Position numbers and translations under genes: made by a program. The notes under the pieces were generated by a model. That model was not told where the DNA came from and did not search any database. It saw only the letters and a program-made list of their open reading frames with translations. Shown here piece after piece: positions 38,301-50,816 of a DNA stretch of 64,000 nt. Position 1 is the first letter of the stretch. The number at the start of each line of letters is the position of its first letter. Source of the DNA: Vitrella brassicaformis CCMP3155 (taxonomy: Eukaryota; Protista; Chromerida); the NCBI GenBank assembly GCA_001179505.1, contig CDMY01000497.1, positions 1 to 64,000 on the forward strand, in the 5' to 3' direction.

Positions 38301-39485
38301 CACGCCAATTCCTGAACTCCCCGTTGAACACAAACAACACAAAAGGTCTCGAAATCCTTTCCATTCGTTTGCGAGCTAAGCTTGCACACGCAAAGATCTC
38401 GCTCCCCTCCACAATCGCCGGACACATTCAGACACCGAGGACGCCGTGAGATGTGATGTGATGCTGTGGATTGCTGGCTCACCTTGTCACCTGACCACCT
38501 GACGGTGCCCATTGTATATATGCTCCGCTCATCCCTCCCTCTCAGACGTCTGGTGACCCACACGGCGCGGCGTCCCGTTGGCCTCTCAGACACCGCCCGC
38601 TCATTACGTACTGCAGAACCGCCCTTGCCGGTCTCTCCTTCCGAGTCAACTGACTGAAGACGTCGATGGACAGCGGCCGTATGAGAGGGTCCCCGAGGTC
38701 TTGCTCTTCTGATGCAGTGGCGGGCAGCTGCGGTGGCCGCCAAGGCACTTCGCCGATGGCATCCCATGGACAGCAGCCGCACAGCCGCATAATGCTCTCT
38801 CATGCGGTGTCTGGCCCGCTAACCGAAATCTCTCAGTTGCCCACGTCGTTGATCAGGGCTTGTTGGTCATCTGCTGCTTGTCGTCTCCAGTGGACTCACG
38901 GCGCGCGTGGCCTCCCCTCCGCTGCACACACAGCGTCGCGAGATCAGGTGCGCCGTGTGTCTGTCGGTGCGGTTGTGCTTGACCAAATGCGCCTTCTTGC
39001 CAACGTTGTCGGTGTGCAGTGCTGATCAGATTGACGTCCCTGCCAGGGAGATAACAAAGAATATTTGCGCGCTTCACTGGCTGAAGATCCGTCCCCCTTT
39101 CGTGAGCGTCTTAGCGTCGGCGCAGTGACAGAGGTGCGGTGCTCTGCCACATCGCCCACGTAGAGCGAGGTGAGTGGGGCACTCCCTCATAAAGAGCTGC
39201 CAGATCTGCCGAGGAAGGAAAGCAGACAGGCAGAGAGCCTCCATCCGCCCACAGCATCGCACCGCATCATCCCTCCCCTCCCCTCCCTCTCTGTCTGACA
39301 GTTCCGACTCCATCGGCGCACGAGATCTCGTGTCGATCTCCGCTCCGTCAGGGCTCCAAATGTTGCCGCCCAAGGTACACACCGAGGGCAAGAGGGCAAC
39401 AAGTGATTGCCCACATGTCTCAACATCCACACACGTGCAGTGCTTCCATCTCTCTGTGCCTCCCTGTCTGTGTGCCGTCAGGTTT
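32857..39485 (+). repeat. Segmental duplication, copy 1 (paralogous to 44326-50740)
   Basis: Colinear alignment by eye through exons, introns and intergenic blocks. Confidence 0.85.
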
Positions 39486-39632
39486 GTGCGTTGCCGCTCG
39501 TTGCCCATCAGGTAAGCAAGGCAACAAGGATGAAGGCACGAACCCCACTAGCACGAGCCAAGCAAGCTGCTCTGTGACGCCTGTGGGTGTGGGACGCACG
39601 CAGGAGGCACCAGTGGTAGCAGCTAGAACACC

Positions 39633-40427
39633 ATGCAGATCTTCATGAAGACTTTCAATGGTACGACCCGCTGATGTCCGGTGCTCTCTCTGTTTTACCA
39701 TGCGCTGCCATGCAGGCGGGTGGTGCACACTGGATGTGGAACCGTTTACCACCGTCGAGGAGCTCAAGGTCGAGATTGAGGACAAGGTGGGCGTCCGGCC
39801 CTCCCAGGTCGACCAGTTCTGGGAGGGGTGCCTATTGCTCGGGCCCCGCCAGATCCCCATAGGCGGGAACAAACGCACACTGGCGGACTACAACATCGGT
39901 CCGGAGTCCTCACTGAACTTGATTGCGTGGGTCAGAGCGGACATGTTCCACAAGACCAGGTGAGGGCGACACACACTGGCGGCAGAAAGGCGCCCAGGGA
40001 TTGGTTGACACATGCCGTGTTTGTGTGTGTGTGTATGTATGTGTGGTTGATGCAGGGGTCGTCATGGGTTCGGCCTTGACCTCGTTGTGCAGCGGGACGA
40101 CACTGAAGAGGAAATCAACAACAAGGAGGACGAAAACCAGCAGGTGGAATGAGTGGACCATTAGCAAGGCATCTGTGGAAGTGTTCCTCTCTGTCGGTGC
40201 AGGTGAAGGCCGCCGACGGAGTGGTGCCCGTTCAGCCAGCCGATGACGATGACGCTTTGCAAGATATTCGGAACACTTTCGAGATGATAAAGGACGCCTT
40301 CAATGTGCTGGAGGCCAAGAACAGTCAGCTGCAGGGCGAGAACAATAAGCTAAAGGCCGAGAACAAGAAATTGAAGGCCGAGAACAAGCAGCTGCAGGGA
40401 CAGCTGAATGCCGCCAAGCAGCAGTAG
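39633..40427 (+). CDS. Ubiquitin-like domain protein with acidic linker and C-terminal coiled coil; 4 coding exons
   Basis: MQIFMKTFNGGWCTLDVEPFTTVEELKVEIEDKVGVRPSQ..RTLADYNIGPESSLNLI aligns to ubiquitin (MQIFVKTLTG..TLSDYNIQKESTLHL). There is no di-Gly. The tail has the heptads LQGENNKLKAENKKLKAENKQLQG. Confidence 0.85.
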
Positions 40428-40781
40428 CCACCCAGCAGCAGTAGCAGCAGTCGTCAATTTTCATTGTGTCGTGTGGTGCCGTGTGGGCGTTTCGGCTGTG
40501 TTTCTGTCTGTGAGCCCGTGCGGATTGACTCATCGTGGTACTTCCGTTGATGACATGCACTGGTTTCGTAGCCACCTGACTGCCTGCCTGACTGCCTGCC
40601 GTCAACCGGCCTTTTCTTATCACAGAGAGGCAGTGGCTGAGGGAGAGAGGGAGGGGAGGGGATGGGATGCTCGTGTGTCGTTCCCTCACCCATGAGTGGC
40701 GGACGGATATCTATCGATGGACCGGTCTGTCTGTCTGTATTGTGTTGATGCAGTCAGTGGTGCTTTGCTTTGTGTACTGGG

Positions 40782-40998
40782 CATCGGACTGACTGCATGG
40801 GCAGGGAGGCGTTACATGCATAGACAATACCCGGTAGCTGATGTCATTGGATTGAATCTTTTTATCCCTAACATACAAAGTCAACTCACCATCCCGATCT
40901 ACCTGCCTAGCCAATGTACTGCCTACTGATGCGTTCCCATTACGAGAAACAGACAAGACACACGCATGGGAATCAGTCAAACAATCATCGGCTACCGC
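40782..40998. repeat. ~215-bp non-coding block, near-identical to 62889-63103
   Basis: Direct alignment from gcatcggactgactgcatggg to caatcatcggctacc. Confidence 0.85.
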
Positions 40999-41371
40999 CA
41001 CGGCTAATGGCTCAAGGCATCTAGATAGTGATCATGAATGTATTTTTATGTCGTCTCTGTGTTTCTGTGTGTCTGTGTGTTTGTGTGTCTGTGCGCCTGT
41101 CCCTTTCCCTCCCTTCCATCGCAACACAAACCCTTGACCCTAGAGGAGTCAAAACCCTTGGTTTTGTCGGCGGCGGACTGACGGGAGGGACCACCTCCTC
41201 TCCCGATCTTTCCCAATCGAAGCGAACACACGGCCGCCGGAGGCAGCCGACCACGCGATCTTGTCAGGAACATTCACGGGAAGAACGAAGAGGTGACACA
41301 CAACACATCCATCCATCCATCCATTTCGTCATGCACCACGGTCCGGTCCTCTTCCCTCCATCAGATCATAG

Positions 41372-44024
41372 ATGTCGGGCGTTGAGGCCGAGGCCGAGAA
41401 GGATATCGACATGGCAAACGAATCGGTTAGCGAACGATGATTCAACAAACGACACCCGGGCATCTTCCGTGTGGGATTGGATGCATTTGCCAGGATGAGG
41501 TCGTTGGCGTTGGTTTGGCTCAGCTCGAGTCCGAGTGTGTGTATGAAGTCGGCGACTTCCTCACCACCATCGAGCGCAAGCCGCTCTCACTCGTGTGCCA
41601 CCAGCTGCACCATAAGACCACCGACGCGTCATACGGCATCCTTTACCGTGACCTCACCATCTCCATGCTCGAACACAACTACTGGAAGAAGATCAACCTC
41701 ACAGGCACACTCAAAACACGACTGGTGGGTGGGCGGATGGGCGGGAGGAGGGAAAGGCATGGATGTCGAGTGGATGGATGGTTTTCTGTATGTGTGTGTG
41801 GGGGGGTCAGAGCAAGATCAACACGGCATTCATCGAGACCGACAACGACAAGGATGTGCTGCCGTCTGTAGTGGAGGGCATCGAGGCGTCCAACGCCACA
41901 CTCAGCTACATCGGTGTGGACGACCCGGAGCGTTGGTGCCAGTGCCACAACAACCGATACGGCAACAGGGAGGGGGCGGGGGAGGGAGAGGGGGCGGGGG
42001 AGGGGGGTAGGGAGCCAGTGGTGTTTGAGAAGACCCAGCAGCTACACCTGACGGATACACGATACCTAGACCTAGCCGAGTAAGGGGAAGAGGGGCGGGA
42101 GGGGCTGCAGAGATGCAAATCTTTTGGTTTGTGGTGTGTGTTGGTGTGTCGTCTTAGGGATCGCAAGTGGGCGTTTCCGAGTCTGGAGGTGCTGAGTGTG
42201 GGCAGGGTGTGCCAGGAGTTTGTCGACAAGTGCAACCACCTGCCGGCCGTCACCCACATCGTGTCAGCTTCGCCGAAGATCACCTCCATCACGGCCGACG
42301 TCATCGAAGTCACGGACGGGGACGAGTGGCAGGCGTTCACAAGGTACATGGAAGACTGACACGCATCCTTATGCTGTTCGGTCACACATACATCTTTTCT
42401 TGCCTCTGTGTGTCTGTATGCGCGTATGCGCGCGTGTGTGTCAGTTCGCTGAGCGGCTGCCCCAAGCTCACGAGCATCAGCGGCCTCCACCTCGTCCCGC
42501 CCAAAAAGGACTTTTGGGCGGACTACAGTGAACCTGAGTGAGCAGGGCGGAAAGATAGATGGGAGGGAGGTAGAAACACACCATGTCGTATGCGTCTGTG
42601 GTGGTCCGTGTCAGTCCCGTTGAGTACATCTACGATCCGCTGGGCCGCCTCACCACGGCACTCGACACCAACTGGCGCACCGATGACATGAAAGGTAGGT
42701 GGGTGGGTGGGGGTGGGCAGATTAAGACCACACACAGGGAGGGACTCTTTGCTACATGTGTCATCTGTGCTGTGCAGGTGTGGACAAGACCATCACCATT
42801 CACCATCGCTTCTCGTTTGGCGCCGACTTCAGCCGCCAGCTGACCGACCGCAGCGGCCCCAACCACTTCGTGCTCCAGGACCTGCTCAACTGGGCCGAGG
42901 AGACCAAATGCCAAATCGTGTGGATGCCACGGTCGGTGAGATGCAGGGGGGAACGAACCGCAGACAGAGACGGGCACATGCTCCGTGTGTGTGTGTGTGT
43001 GTGTGTGTTTTGTGCAGTGAGGACGACCGTTTCAACTTTTTCGAGTCTTCCATCCTGGACAAGTTCAGCCCGCCGCAGTGTGACGACATCGTCATTGACT
43101 GCGGCAAGGAGGCCCGGGACACAACACCTCCGGCCCCGCACGGACCTGTAGGCCAACTCATCGCCAATCTGACGAAAAATGCGACGCGGTGAGAGAGGGG
43201 TGTATAGGGGAGGGAGGTGCAGCACACGGCCTGAAGCAAAATGTCTGCCCTGCTCCTTTTTCCGTTCCTTCTCTCGCAGGTGAAGTTTGTGTACGGCGGT
43301 GCCCCTCTGCACGACACGTGGGGGCAGCTGCTCACATTTCCCTCCGCCACCAAGCTCTCCATCCACCCCCGCGACGACACCACCGCCGTCCGCCAGGTGG
43401 TGAGCAGCATCCCCAATTGGCTCGTGGCCAAGGACCAGAACGGCAACAGCACCCATCTGCCGGCCATCCAGCACCTCTACATCGACATCAGTCCTCGGCA
43501 TGGCAACAGCGTCATGCCGACCGGTGCTGAGGCTGCCAGGCTGGAGCAGCTGCTGGGCAACCTGGCGGCGGTGCGTGAGGTGTGGCTGGGGGCAAAGAGC
43601 CTCCGCGCCGTGGCGCAGTGTGTGTCGTATCTGCATGCCCGTGAGTTAGATGAGCTGCACATCAGCCTGGGGCCGGAGCTGTTGTCAGATGCGCTGCCCG
43701 ACTCATCACACGTGCCCGTGCCTAGCCTAGCCTACCCTTCCGTCAAGTCGCTGCGTGTGTCGAATGACTTTAGTAAGATCAGCAAGGGGTGCGCGCGGTC
43801 TGTCTTGTCTCTGCTCATGTCCATCAAGCCAGCCAAAGCCAGCATCGATCTGAAGCTCAGCACAGAGTCACTCGCACCAGGCCAGGGCCAAGACAACGGC
43901 TTCGACGAGTATGTCTCTGCTTCCCTCAAGGATTTGCGGCTGGAAGCAGAGAGGAGGGTGGGGTCGGCCTACGATGTGGTGTCGTCTGTGTGTAATGAGG
44001 GTAGCATCTCGTTGCGCATGTGGC
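41372..44024 (+). CDS. Gene B: lineage-specific F-box-like/LRR-like protein; 3' end in gap; one apparent frameshift (43175-43179)
   Basis: MSGVEAEAEKDIDMANES / DEVVGVGLAQLESECVYEVGDFLTTIERKPLSLVCHQL.. and later exons are colinear with B' (59907-62622). Confidence 0.7.
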
Positions 44025-44325
44025 NNNNNNNNNNNNNNNNNNNNNNNNNNNNNNNNNNNNNNNNNNNNNNNNNNNNNNNNNNNNNNNNNNNNNNNNNNNN
44101 NNNNNNNNNNNNNNNNNNNNNNNNNNNNNNNNNNNNNNNNNNNNNNNNNNNNNNNNNNNNNNNNNNNNNNNNNNNNNNNNNNNNNNNNNNNNNNNNNNNN
44201 NNNNNNNNNNNNNNNNNNNNNNNNNNNNNNNNNNNNNNNNNNNNNNNNNNNNNNNNNNNNNNNNNNNNNNNNNNNNNNNNNNNNNNNNNNNNNNNNNNNN
44301 NNNNNNNNNNNNNNNNNNNNNNNNC
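44025..44325. other. Assembly gap (N run)
   Basis: Run of n characters. Confidence 1.
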
Positions 44326-46550
44326 CACTGGAGCGGCGAGCCTCCACCCATCGATGAGAAACCGGTAGGAGTCACAAACGATGAGTCTCACATATCAAAC
44401 CATCACCTGTGCGTCTTCTCGCTGTCTGCCTGTCACTCTATAGGCCCGTCGTCTGCCTCCGACATCCTCGCCAACGTCCTCGGCCACCTGCAGCCATGGG
44501 AGCTGGCCCGCCACCGACGGCACCTTGGCAAGGCCCTCTTCCAGCAGTCGGCCGCCAACTACACAGAGCTGGTCATCAGCTGTGAGGACGCTGAGGAGCG
44601 ACGGCTGTGGGCGGCCATGCCACTGGCCACCGCACACAAGTGGGGCCGGCGGATGACGCATTTGAAGCGTCTGAGGGTCCGCGCCCCATTCGACCGGCCT
44701 GGCTGGTGTCTGGGTAAGTATGCGCACCCACCAGTGCAGCAGAAGTGCAGGTCTCACTCACCCTCGTGTGCTATCGTGGATGCGTTCTGTCAGGACATTT
44801 GGTCGCCGTCACTGAGGGCCATGCCGACGGGCGGGCGGCGCTCGCGGCGAAACAGCAGCAGCAGCAGCAGCACTCGGCGGAGAGCGAGGCGAGCGGCGGC
44901 GTGGCCATCTCAATGCAGAGCGGTGACGACGGCACGCTAGAAGAGCTGTCATTCGAGAGTGTGCCGATCCCGGCCCCTCCCCCCACACCTGGGCCCCTCC
45001 CGGCCCCCTCGCCCATCAAGACCATCAACCTCCCCGCTCTCACGACCGTCACTGCCGTCCCGCAGGAGGTCGCCCGCATCCGCACGGACCGCTCGTGGCT
45101 GACGCCCAACCTCTCCACCCTCACCTTTGAGAGAGAGGTGGACCCAGAGGCTGTCAAGGAGTGGGTCAAGGGATGCAAGGGGTTCCACGAGCTGGGGATT
45201 GGGGGTCTGTCGGTGGAGGCGACTCAGGAGGTTCTGCGCGTCCTGCCGGAGGACGGCAAGCCCCCCTCGCAGCTGCGGTCACTCGGAGGCATCGAGGTGT
45301 GGTTGGCCGATGCTGACGCCATCCGCCGGCTGCGCGAGACACTGGTGGCGCGGGGGGCCAAGGGCACGCTCGACTTCAGCTCCCTGCACATCTTCCCGCC
45401 GCGAGAGCCGAGCTGGGACGAGTATCGCCAGATGACCGGAGACCGCGATCGGATCAAGGAACTGGCAAAGCTCACGTAAGCACGACAGCGGGGGGATCAG
45501 AGAGGACAGTAAGTACTGGCGAATGTGTCTGTCTGGTGCTGTGTCTGGCATTCATCCAGGGCCGACGTGGTGGATGCTGATCCCCTGAAGCAGCCCATTC
45601 GCCGCTGCCGTGGCGGTGGGGGTGACATCGCTGCCGGGCTGGTGACCTGGGCCCACCGTCACCGCTGCCCCTGGGTGCGCAAGATCGTCGACTACCTGGC
45701 CGGCGGGGCGTTGAGAGTGGTGGTATCGGGAGACGAGAGGACGGCAGCGACCATCACCAACGACACATTCCCCATCGCCGTGCAGGTGCAGGTCGAAGCG
45801 GGCGCCCTCACGACGGCAGAGAAGCGTGCGCCAGCCGCCAGCATCGCCTCCGTCATCGCGATGGGGAGTGTATGGAGCGCGATGGGGGCTGGACGGATGA
45901 CCCTCACCGTGGGCAGTTTGTCATCGCCATTGACATCCGCTGTCGGTGTGGTGGACTTCCTGACTGCCCTCAAGTCGACCATGAACATCACCGAGGGTGC
46001 ACCGGACCTCCAGCTGCACGTGTCGTCGGCCGCGGTGTCGGGTGCTGGAGGGACCAGTGGGTGGGAGCTCGGGGGCCGTGCGGCCGATATGTTGAGGAAG
46101 GTCCAATTCACTGTTTACGGTAGGCCTCAGACAGTCGTGTGACTCGATGGGTGTATGTATGTGTGTATGGCGGGATCTGTGTGTGTGTCACGTTCAGGTG
46201 AGGTGGATGACGGCGAGTGTGGCCCGCTTTTTTGCAATGCCATCGACGTACTCGCGTCGTGCACACAACTCAAGGTCGTCAGCCGAGCAGCAGATCCAAG
46301 GGACGCTCTCATGTGCCACTCTGTCCGTTTGGTTCGTTCCTTGCAGGGCGTCGATGACGTGACCATTTGTTTCCAGAGCGGCAGTCTCGCCAGCAAGATG
46401 CGGCAGTGGTGGCAGCGTTTGCCTATCGAAGCGCCTGAGGGATTCCACAGGGATTTCAGTAGGGGGTCTCTGAATTTCCAGCGCGGCAGCCCAAAGTCGA
46501 CGTGGCCACAGGTACTCAGCAATGTGTTGCTATATCGATGTCAGCGATGA
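44326..46550 (+). CDS. Gene A': paralogue of gene A; 5' exons missing or in the gap
   Basis: Exon-for-exon similarity to 32857-35035 (HWSG.PPIDEKP, NVLGHLQPWELAR, GTLEELSFES..). Confidence 0.8.
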
Positions 46551-49500
46551 GCGGCCGGCCTGTGGTTGGTAGTGTAGATGCCCGTCGATCGTCTCTCTCT
46601 CTCTCTCTCTCTTTATCTCCGTGTGCTGCATATGTGTATGTGTTTGTTTTATGTTTGGTGGGCAGTGACTGGCTGACGGGCACTCACTTGAGTGAGATTT
46701 CCGTCATGCTGGTGACGGCTCGTCACCCGCATCCATCTCGCGAGTGACATACTCACACCAGACACCACACACACATACATCCACGCATGTCAAGAGAGGG
46801 GGGGAGGGAGGGAGGGCTGTGTGTGCTGACTGACTCGGTGGGTCCTGGCGCCTGGCGCCTGGCGCCTGGATGGATGGATGGATGGAGGTATGTATGCATG
46901 TTGGTCTCCCTCTCCCTCTCCCTCTCCCTCTTCCTCTTGGCTGTCTGCCCACCTCACTCCCTGGTTTAAGAAATCAAACCGCGACCTTTTTCGGCTCTCT
47001 CTCGCCTCGACAACGGACATACATACGTATGGCGGCCCCTGTGTCCACACATTGACGGGCTGACTGACTGACTGACCGACTGGCGTCCGTCCATCCATCC
47101 GTGAGCCTGTCAGTCAGTGTGTCGGTGGCTCGCTCTCTGCCATGATCACAAATTCACCCAGGCAGTGAGTTTTGGGTGGATGCACGACACATGCAGATAT
47201 ACAGACGAACGGACGAGTCGTTGTTTGATGGATGACGGCTCCAAGGTGCCTAGGTATCTACTGGCTGCATCCATACAACACGTAAATGATGGGCCGGGAC
47301 AGAGCAGCATCCCCCCCTCACTTGTCCGTGTGCATATACTCACTGGTCCATACTGCCTGGCAGAGAGAAGAGGCAGAGGTGCGGCTGCTCACACAGGGGG
47401 GGCGGGGCTATATATATATAAACGAACCACTGCGACCCGTCAGGCCGATATCTTTATTTATCTTGCCATTCGGTGCGTACACGTATACCGTATGTATTTG
47501 TTGCCCAGCTGCCTGTGCATCGGGCGGCCGCCAAGGGTCGGTGCGTGGGTGGGTTTATATGCATGTGTCGATAGCAGTGAGGGTGGCTGGACGGTGGAAA
47601 CGTGTTCCTGGCTGTTTGCCATTTATTTGACTCGACGGACAAACACACGAACGGGCGGATGGAATGCGAGCAGACAGGCAGGCCATTGCAATTTTGAGCT
47701 GGCATGTAAGCGGCCTGCCTATGCACATCCAGTCACCGTACTCACGCGCTCGCCTCTTTTCGTCCCCTCTGAGCGTTCCTCTCTCTCTCATTTTTGTGCG
47801 TGTAATTAAGTGGTCGTCATGCATTCGAGCGGCCTGACACCCATCTGTCTGTCTGTCTGTCGTCATGATGAACCATTCCGGTGCGTTTTAAGTCGTGCAG
47901 TGGGAGGCTGGGTGGCCATGGATGGATGACATTAAGTCCGTCGCTCGACAGGCGCCAACATCACGATCACGTGTGTGTGTGTGTGGATGGCATTGAATGG
48001 ATGGAAAGCTGCCTCGCTCTTTTTTTCCACACACATGAGACGATGGATGGACGCTGTGCGTGTGGTATACTGCTCGTACTCTCACACGTCGACGTAGTGC
48101 AAGGACGGACACAGATTCATTGGAACAGAGACACGGCCGCGTCATAAATCACAGGCACACACTCAGAATGCAGAGTTCCACGACACCAACACTGCGACTG
48201 TCCATCCATCCATCCATCACGACCGTACACAGACAGCGATTTGCTACCGAGTGCAAGACCATCAGCTCTCCACACACGAACCGTCATGCTGAGTGGTGAT
48301 CACACACAAACAATCATCAATCACCTTTCCCCACACATCCAGCCATCTTCGCAGGTCTGCCTGCTCGTCACTTAGTATCACAGCCTCTAGAAGGAGTCGG
48401 TTGTGTCTTGCGCCTCTCTCTCCTCCAGTGTGCAGCAGCGGCGGCAGCAATGCCGACGTCCTACTCTGCAAAGGCGGCCATGTTCCAAACCCGCTCGCTG
48501 CACCACCAGACCATCCTGCACGTTCACACATACAGACAAAGACACAGACACACAAACACACCCGTATCTCAACAGAGTGGTCACGTGAAAAGTTGAGGGC
48601 CGCCTGCTCTTATCAATATGTCTCACCGGCAGTGGCCCAACTACCCTTCATCCACATCACACAGCACGTTGTCTGTCCTATCTCGCTTTCTTTCTCCCTC
48701 TCGCCATCAGATTTGCAGACTTCTCCCTCCCCGTCTGTCTGCATCTTCTGCCGAATCCGTATGGCCTCAGCCCTCACCTGCGGGGTCCATCGCACCAAAC
48801 CACACAATGCATACACGCTCTGTCTGTATCCGTGTGCCTGCGTCACCTGAGGGGTGATGTATGCATACCGTGGCGCGTTGAAGGCTTCTTCCTTTGCGCC
48901 AGAGCCGGGCGCTTATACTGTAGCTTTACACCGCGCCGCAGACAGCCACAGGGCTCTTGGACGCTATCACAGATGCCAACTTGAGCGCACCATCTGAATG
49001 AATAAACGTCCACTCAAAGTGTCTTCTGCCAGCGGGGCCGGTTGTCAATTACGCACCTCTCATGGCTTCGGCAGTCGGCTCTGTCGCGCTGACCAGCCCG
49101 CGGTCATACGCCTTTACTCAACCATGACGACCCACCCACACCCACATTCCTCCCTCCGTGCCGACCTCTCGTGTGCGTCAAGCCGGGGGGAAGTGTAGGC
49201 AAGCCCACGAACCTGACAGACAGACAGACATGCACACACAATGAATAGATCAGACTGACGTGCAAACCCATCCATCCTTTCTTCCTGCAGCCTATCTTCT
49301 CGCCCATCCCTCCCCTCCAGTGCGTGACCTGACCTGCTCTCCTTGCCGCACACACACGGGCATCTAATCATCTGTTCACTCTGCTGATAACAAGGAAGGG
49401 AAGCCACGGACGCACCACAGCCACAGCTGCACACGTGTGTATGCGGCTCTCACTGACTGATGGTCTCCACCACTACTCCCGGGAGGGAAAGAGCCTTAGA

Positions 49501-50740
49501 GCCTCAAAGCCGTGCAAATCAACAAAGCGCCAGATCACCGCTCCCCGTTTCAGATCGCCACACCCACGCCAATTCCTAAACTCCCCGTAAACACAAACAT
49601 CACGTAAAGGTCTCGAAATCTCTTCCATCCGTTTGCGAGCTAGGCTCGCACACGCGAAGATCTCCGCTCCCCATCCAGACCTACCGGACACATTCAGGCA
49701 CTGAGGACGTGTGAGATGTGATGCTGTGGATTGCTGACTCAGCTTCTCACCTGACCACCTGACGGTGCGCATTTTATATATGCTCCGCTCATCCCTCCCT
49801 CTCAGACGTCTGGTGACCCACACGGCGCGGCGTCCCGTTGGCCTCTCAGACACCGCCCGCTCATTACGTACTGCAGAACCGCCCTTGCCGGTCTCTCCTT
49901 CCGAGTCAACTGACTGAAGACGTCGATGGACAGCGGCCGTATGAGAGGGTCCCTGAGGTCTTGCTCCTCTGATGCAGTGGCGGGCAGCTGCGGTGGCCGC
50001 CAAGGCACTTCGCCGATGGCATCCCATGGACAGCAGCCGCATAGCCGCATAATGCTGTCTCATGCGGCGTCTGGCGCACTCGACAGAATCTCTCAGTTGC
50101 CCGCGTCGTTGATCAGGACTTGTTGGTCCTCTGCTGCTTCCCTCCGCTGCACACACAGCGTCGCGAGATCATGTGCGCCGTGTGTTTGTCGGTGCGGTTG
50201 TGCTTGACCAAATGCGTCTTCTTGCCGCCGTTGTCGGTGTGCAGGTGCCGATCAGATTGACGTCCCTGTCGGGGAGATGACCAGGAATATTTGCGCGCTT
50301 CACTGGCTGAAGATCCGTCCCCCTTTCGTGAGCGTCTTAGCGTCGGCGCAGTGACAGAGATGCGGTGCTCTGCCACATCGCCCACGTAGAGCGAGATGAT
50401 TGGGGCACTTCCTCAGAAAGAGCTGCCAGATCTGCCGAGGAAGGCAGACAGACAGGCAGACAGACAGAGAAGGAAGCCTCCATCCGCCCACAGCATCGCA
50501 CCGCATCATCCAGCCTTTCCCCTCCCCTCCCCTCCCCTCCCTCTCTCTGTGTGTCTGACAGTTCCGACTCCATCAGCGCAGGAGATCTCTGCCGATCTCC
50601 TCTCCGTCAGGGCTCCGAGTGCTGCCGCCCAAGGTACACACCGAGGACAAGAGGGAAACAACTGATTGCGCACATGTCTCACCATCCACACACGTGCATT
50701 TTCTCCCTCTACTGTGCCTGCCTGTCATTTCAGGTTTCGT
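44326..50740 (+). repeat. Segmental duplication, copy 2 (paralogous to 32857-39485)
   Basis: Colinear alignment by eye; similarity ends at the acceptor 'cag|gttt' (39481 vs ~50733). Confidence 0.85.
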
Positions 50741-50816
50741 CGCATCTTGTGCCGCTTTCGAGGTCGAGAGCATCCCCCGCGACGAGACCAGGCAGGCCAG
50801 GAGGGCGCGGCTGGGC

